From contig JAFTXK010000099.1 of NCBI GenBank assembly GCA_017461635.1, forward strand, positions 1 to 42,368: DNA of 42,368 nt, read 5' to 3'. Shown here piece by piece: positions 37,992 through 42,368 of the stretch (positions are counted from its first letter, which is position 1; every line of letters begins with the position of its first letter). This DNA comes from Clostridia bacterium. Its GTDB lineage: Bacteria; Bacillota; Clostridia; Oscillospirales; CAG-272. The notes beneath the pieces were generated by a model. That model saw only the letters and a program-made list of their open reading frames with translations. It ran no database searches and had not been told where the DNA came from. The position numbers and the translations under genes were made by a program.

Positions 37992-38321
37992 TTAAAGTGC
38001 TTCGGAGCTCGCTGCTTCAGCAACAGCTTCTGCACCCTCTGTATATTCTGTATACTGATCTGCTTCAGCGAGAGCCTTCTCGTAAGCTGAGATAACAGCG
38101 TCCTCAAGCTTTGCTCTGAAAGTGGCATTGATTGGATGGACGATATCGCGGTATGTCTCATCGGGGTTCTTTCTGCTGGGCATAACGATGAAGAATTTTT
38201 CTCTTGCATTGATGACCTTAATGTCATGGAGAGCCAGCTGGTGGTCAAAGGTAACCGAAACGATCGCCTTCATTGGTCCCTCATCAAAAAGCTTTCTTAC
38301 TTTTACATCGGTGATTTCCAT
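37992..38321 (-). CDS. spoVG: Septation regulator SpoVG
   Basis: MEITDVKVRK...MKAIVSVTFD...HDIKVI...MPSRK...YRDIVHPIN; AAGGAGG RBS. Confidence 0.95.
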   Translation of the reverse strand: MEITDVKVRKLFDEGPMKAIVSVTFDHQLALHDIKVINAREKFFIVMPSRKNPDETYRDIVHPINATFRAKLEDAVISAYEKALAEADQYTEYTEGAEAVAEAASSEAL

Positions 38322-38528
38322 TTTTGTACCTCCTTAGAATCGACCAAATTGTCTTTTTGTTATATTCTTACAAATTACATTATTATTATATAGTTTTATT
38401 TTGACACTTATTCAATAGTAACTACATCTTTTTGTGAAGTTTTCGGAATTTTATGTTAAGGTTATGTGAAGAGCGTGCGAAAAAACTTCACGAAGCGAAT
38501 CAAATTTTGAAGATAAGAGGCTGATAAT

Positions 38529-39941
38529 ATGTCTGTTAATAATACACATCTCGGCTTTGAAGCAATAAAAGAGAAGCTGGCAAAATGCAAAAGCGTGTTT
38601 TTTATCGGCGCGGGCGGTATCAATATGTCCTCACTTGCGATAATAACAAAACAGCGAGGCTTCAAGGTAGGCGGATCGGACAGAACCAAAACAGAGCTTA
38701 CAGAGCGTCTCCAAAAATGCGGTATCGAAATGCATTATGAGCATGATGCGGCAAATCTGGAGGGCTATGATGCGGTAGTCTATACCGTTGCCATCTCTCC
38801 CGATAATCCCGAATATGTAAGGGCTCAGGAAGAAGGACTGCTCTGCTTATCGAGAGCGGATTATCTCGGATATGTCATGACGGGATATAAAAACCGCATA
38901 GGAATCTGCGGTATGCATGGAAAGAGCAGCTGTACCTCTATGTGCGCTCAGCTTTTCATGGATGCCGAGACTGATCCTACAGTGCTTTCGGGCGCAGAGC
39001 TCGCGTCAATGGGCGGTGCTTTCCGAATAGGCGGTGAGGAGTTTTTCATCTTCGAAGCCTGCGAATATATGGATTCCTTCCTTGATTTCAATCCCACCGT
39101 TGCTGTTATCCTCAATATCGAAATGGATCATGTAGACTATTTTCATAGCATGGAGCAGATCAGAAGATCCTTTGCTGATTTTGCTGCTATAACGGGTAAG
39201 GACGGCTATGCCGTTGCCAATGCCGATGACGGCGATGTTCTGCTGGTAATGAATGAATATGAGGGAAATGTCGTTACCTTCGGCGTTCAGTCCGAGGCGG
39301 ATTTTGTTGCAAAAAATATTAAGTATATAAAGGGCAGACCCGATTTTGATATTTATCATAAGGGCGAGCTTTATACGCATATCTCGCTTTCCGTAACAGG
39401 TGAGCATAATGTCTATAATGCACTGGCGGCAACAGCGGCGGCATGGGTCTGCGGCATCAGCGGAGAGAAGGCAAGATCAGGTCTTGCTTCCTACCGCGGC
39501 GCAAAGCGCAGAATGGAATTCAAGGGAACTCTTATGGGAGCTGACGTTTATGATGATTACGGACATCATCCCACAGAGGTAAAAACAACTCTTGACGGAG
39601 TTAGCCGCATGGGCTATGATCGGCTTTGGTGCGTTTTCCAGTCGCATACATATTCAAGGACCAGCGAGCTTTTCGATGAATTCGTTCATTCCTTCGATAG
39701 TGCCGACAGAGTTATCTTCGCGGATATCTATGCCGCAAGAGAAACCGATACGCGCGGAATGAGCGGGGAAGTGCTGGCAGATGCTCTCGGAAGCAAAGCG
39801 TCTTATGAGGGCGGTAATAAAGAGATCGCAAAGCGTCTTCATGATGAGCTTCGCGCAGGCGACGTTCTCATTGTAATGGGCGCAGGCGATATCTATAAGC
39901 TTTATGACGAACTTGATCTTGAAAAAGGAGTGTATCCGTGA
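38529..39941 (+). CDS. murC: UDP-N-acetylmuramate--L-alanine ligase
   Basis: FIGAGGINMSSLA, GMHGKSS, EACEY, NIEMDHVDY, DDYGHHPTE, FQSHTYSRT and MGAGDI motifs. Confidence 0.95.
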   Translation: MSVNNTHLGFEAIKEKLAKCKSVFFIGAGGINMSSLAIITKQRGFKVGGSDRTKTELTERLQKCGIEMHYEHDAANLEGYDAVVYTVAISPDNPEYVRAQEEGLLCLSRADYLGYVMTGYKNRIGICGMHGKSSCTSMCAQLFMDAETDPTVLSGAELASMGGAFRIGGEEFFIFEACEYMDSFLDFNPTVAVILNIEMDHVDYFHSMEQIRRSFADFAAITGKDGYAVANADDGDVLLVMNEYEGNVVTFGVQSEADFVAKNIKYIKGRPDFDIYHKGELYTHISLSVTGEHNVYNALAATAAAWVCGISGEKARSGLASYRGAKRRMEFKGTLMGADVYDDYGHHPTEVKTTLDGVSRMGYDRLWCVFQSHTYSRTSELFDEFVHSFDSADRVIFADIYAARETDTRGMSGEVLADALGSKASYEGGNKEIAKRLHDELRAGDVLIVMGAGDIYKLYDELDLEKGVYP

Positions 39942-40246
39942 TGAAAAACTCAAGCAAATTCAAGGATGAAAATCTGGACCGCCTTTTTTGCGGTATACTT
40001 AAACTGGAAAATCTCGATGAATGTTATGCTTTTTTCGAGGATCTCTGTACCATTCCCGAGCTTAAGGAAATGTCGAGAAGAATGACCGCCGCAAAGATGC
40101 TCAGAGATAATAAAGTCTATTCCGAGATCGCCGAGCTTACAGGGCTCAGCACAGCAACCATCAGCCGCGTGAACCGCTCTCTGAAATACGGAAATGACGG
40201 CTATTCGGTGGTTTTTGAGCGTCTTGAGGGGGATAAAAATGACTGA
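39938..40246 (+). CDS. yerC: YerC/YecD TrpR-like protein
   Basis: ECYAFFEDLCT and STATISRVNRSLKYGNDGY motifs. Confidence 0.9.
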   Translation: MMKNSSKFKDENLDRLFCGILKLENLDECYAFFEDLCTIPELKEMSRRMTAAKMLRDNKVYSEIAELTGLSTATISRVNRSLKYGNDGYSVVFERLEGDKND

Positions 40247-41027
40247 AGGCTATGATGTTATTGCCGATGTTTATGATAAGCTGAATGCTGATATCGATTA
40301 TAAAGCTTGGGCTGATTTTGCGGAGAAGGCATTTGACCGCTTTCTCGAAAAAAGACCCGAAATAGTTCTTGATCTCGCTTGCGGAACGGGCAGTATGACC
40401 GTAGAGCTGGCAAAGCGCGGTTATGATATGATCGGTGTTGACGGCTCTGAGCAGATGCTCTCAGTCGCATCCGAGAGGGCATATGTCAATTTCGGCGAGG
40501 ATGATGAATACCGCCTGCCGATACTCTATCTGCTCCAGGATATGCGCTCTTTTGAGCTTTACGGCACTGTTGGCGCGGTTCTTTGCTGTCTTGACAGTGT
40601 GAATTATCTTACAGGCGAAGGCGATCTTGATAAATGCTTCGCCGCCGTGCATAATTATCTTGACCCTGACGGAATTTTTCTCTTTGATGTGAATACACCG
40701 CATAAGTTTAAGAATATTTACGGCGATAATGCATATATACTTGAAGATGAAATAGAAGGCTCAGCGGTCTACTGCGGCTGGCAGAATTCTTTCGATGAGA
40801 AAACCGGTATCTGCGATTTCTATCTGACCCTTTTCTCAGAGGGCGAGGACGGAAAATATATCCGCGAGGAGGAGCATCAGAGAGAACGCATGTACAGCAT
40901 GGAGGAGATCCGCAAGGCGCTGGAAAAGAACGGCTTCGAATGTCTCGGCGCTTTCTCGGATTATTCTTTCAGCGAAGCCGAAGAGAAGGACGAACGGTGG
41001 TATATCGCCGCAAGAGCAATAAAATAA
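40239..41027 (+). CDS. Class I SAM-dependent methyltransferase
   Basis: VLDLACGTG, IGVDGSEQML, QDMR and LDSVNY motifs; start moved to ATG 40239 (GAGGGGG RBS). Confidence 0.9.
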   Translation: MTEGYDVIADVYDKLNADIDYKAWADFAEKAFDRFLEKRPEIVLDLACGTGSMTVELAKRGYDMIGVDGSEQMLSVASERAYVNFGEDDEYRLPILYLLQDMRSFELYGTVGAVLCCLDSVNYLTGEGDLDKCFAAVHNYLDPDGIFLFDVNTPHKFKNIYGDNAYILEDEIEGSAVYCGWQNSFDEKTGICDFYLTLFSEGEDGKYIREEEHQRERMYSMEEIRKALEKNGFECLGAFSDYSFSEAEEKDERWYIAARAIK

Positions 41028-41045
41028 ATAAGGAAGTAAATCAAA

Positions 41046-41942
41046 ATGTCTGATAGATCAACTATTCTCCGTGCAATGACGGCAGACGGAAGCGCGAGAA
41101 TACACATAATAAATTCCACAGCAATAGTTAATACAATGGTGGAAAAATTCAAGCCCACGCCAACAGCAACAGCGGCACTGGGCAGACTTCTCACAGCAAC
41201 CTCTCTCATGGGGTGCATGCTGGGTAATAAGGATGATACAATTTCGGTTACCGTGAAAGGTGACGGACCTGCGGGAAAGCTGATAGCTGTGGGAGATTAT
41301 TACGGAAATGTGCGCGGTTATATTCAGAATCCGGACGTGGACGTTCCGAAAAAGCCTAACGGAAAGCTTGATGTAGGTGCGGCTGTCGGAAGCGGCATGC
41401 TGAATATTGTCAGGGATATAGGCGGCGAAGAGCCGTATGTTGGCTCAACAGAGCTTGTCAGCGGCGAGATCGCGGAAGATATCGCGGCTTATTATGCACA
41501 TAGCGAACAGGTACCTACAGTCTGCGCTCTCGGAGTGCTGGTGGATACCGACCTTACATGTAAGAGCGCGGGAGGCGTGCTGATCCAGCTCCTGCCCTTT
41601 GCCGATGAAGGAACTATAGATCTTATCGAACGTAACGCGGCATCGCTTACAAATGTTTCAAGACTTTTCGATAAAGGACTTTCAAATAAGGAGATCGCGG
41701 ATATCGCACTCGCGGATATTCCATATGACCTTTTTGATGAGATCGAGGTGGAATATAAATGTACCTGTAGCCGCGAGCGTATGAAGAAGGCTCTGCTTTC
41801 CATCAAGGAAAAGGACATTTACGATATGCTCCGCGAGCAGGTTGAAGAAGGTAAGCCGGAGGAGCTGGAGATATTCTGCCGCTTCTGTAACTCAAATTAT
41901 GTGTTTACAAAGGCGGAAATCGATAAGGCTCTGGGTAAGTAA
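41046..41942 (+). CDS. hslO: Hsp33 redox-regulated chaperone
   Basis: [22 protein letters not shown] and Zn-binding CTC...CRFC motifs. Confidence 0.96.
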   Translation: MSDRSTILRAMTADGSARIHIINSTAIVNTMVEKFKPTPTATAALGRLLTATSLMGCMLGNKDDTISVTVKGDGPAGKLIAVGDYYGNVRGYIQNPDVDVPKKPNGKLDVGAAVGSGMLNIVRDIGGEEPYVGSTELVSGEIAEDIAAYYAHSEQVPTVCALGVLVDTDLTCKSAGGVLIQLLPFADEGTIDLIERNAASLTNVSRLFDKGLSNKEIADIALADIPYDLFDEIEVEYKCTCSRERMKKALLSIKEKDIYDMLREQVEEGKPEELEIFCRFCNSNYVFTKAEIDKALGK

Positions 41943-41994
41943 TTGCCCGAAAGAAAATTTTTTTGAAAAAACTCAAAAAAATGCAAAAAAGGTA

Positions 41995-42023
41995 TTGACA
42001 AATAGATAATAAAGTGGTATAAT
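41995..42023 (+). promoter_or_regulatory. Strong sigma-A promoter of the tRNA operon
   Basis: Perfect TTGACA-17 bp-TATAAT with extended TG and upstream A-tracts. Confidence 0.9.
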
Positions 42024-42059
42024 ATGTACCGTTGTCACGGAAAATGTGAGAACGGACAT

Positions 42060-42135
42060 GGGAGCATAGCCCAGTTGGGAGAGCATCTGCCTTACAAGCA
42101 GAGGGTCATAGGTTCGAGCCCTATTGTTCCCACCA
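42060..42135 (+). tRNA. tRNA-Val(TAC)
   Basis: 76 nt; acceptor GGGAGCA/TGTTCCC, anticodon loop CTTACAA, GGTTCGA, encoded CCA. Confidence 0.95.
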
Positions 42136-42139
42136 TGTT

Positions 42140-42216
42140 GGCCCGGTAGTTCAGTTGGTTAGAACGCTAGCCTGTCACGCTAGAGGTCAGGGGTTCGAGT
42201 CCCCTTCGGGTCGCCA
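42140..42216 (+). tRNA. tRNA-Asp(GTC)
   Basis: 77 nt; anticodon loop CTGTCAC, GGTTCGA, encoded CCA. Confidence 0.96.
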
Positions 42217-42250
42217 TTAAATGAGTCTTGGAAATATCCTGGGCTTATTT

Positions 42251-42326
42251 GCCTCTGTAGCTCAGTTGGTAGAGCAGGGGACTGAAAATCCCCGTGTCGT
42301 TGGTTCGATTCCGACCGGAGGCACCA
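42251..42326 (+). tRNA. tRNA-Phe(GAA)
   Basis: 76 nt; anticodon loop CTGAAAA, GGTTCGA, encoded CCA. Confidence 0.96.
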
Positions 42327-42331
42327 CTTTT

Positions 42332-42368
42332 GCGGATTTAGCTCATTTGGTAGAGCGCGACCTTGCCA
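42332..42368 (+). tRNA. tRNA-Gly(GCC), 5' half only (window edge)
   Basis: GCGGATTTAGCTCA...GAGCGCGACCTTGCCA. Confidence 0.85.

Overview
Chromosomal window from a spore-forming Clostridia-like (Bacillota) bacterium; the taxon is inferred from gene content (spoVG, SPOCS/LysM coat protein, SLH protein, ispH-S1 fusion). Both ends are housekeeping: rpiR-HI0933-cmk-plsC-ispH/S1 and a uracil permease on the left; spoVG, murC-yerC-methyltransferase-hslO and a tRNA Val-Asp-Phe-Gly run on the right. The middle is cell-envelope rich. (i) A terminator-bounded ~11.5 kb cassette holds two paralogous AraC regulators divergent from two giant paralogous secreted proteins (LamG-like repeats, a degenerate plus an intact GDPD barrel, a shared unknown module and an LRR-like tail). 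(ii) A tightly packed run couples a D-Asx peptidoglycan cross-bridge set (asnB, D-Asp ligase, MurE with DNPD instead of DNPR) to a RiPP-like trio (HprK-related kinase, PqqD/RRE, anchorless S26 peptidase) that has no visible precursor, followed by a degenerate SGNH protein. (iii) An orphan cpsC/cpsD pair is divergent from a 3xSLH surface protein with both sigma-A-like and ECF-like promoters. No CRISPR array, transposase, integrase, prophage or rRNA was seen. All calls come from reading motifs by eye; no database search or folding was run.
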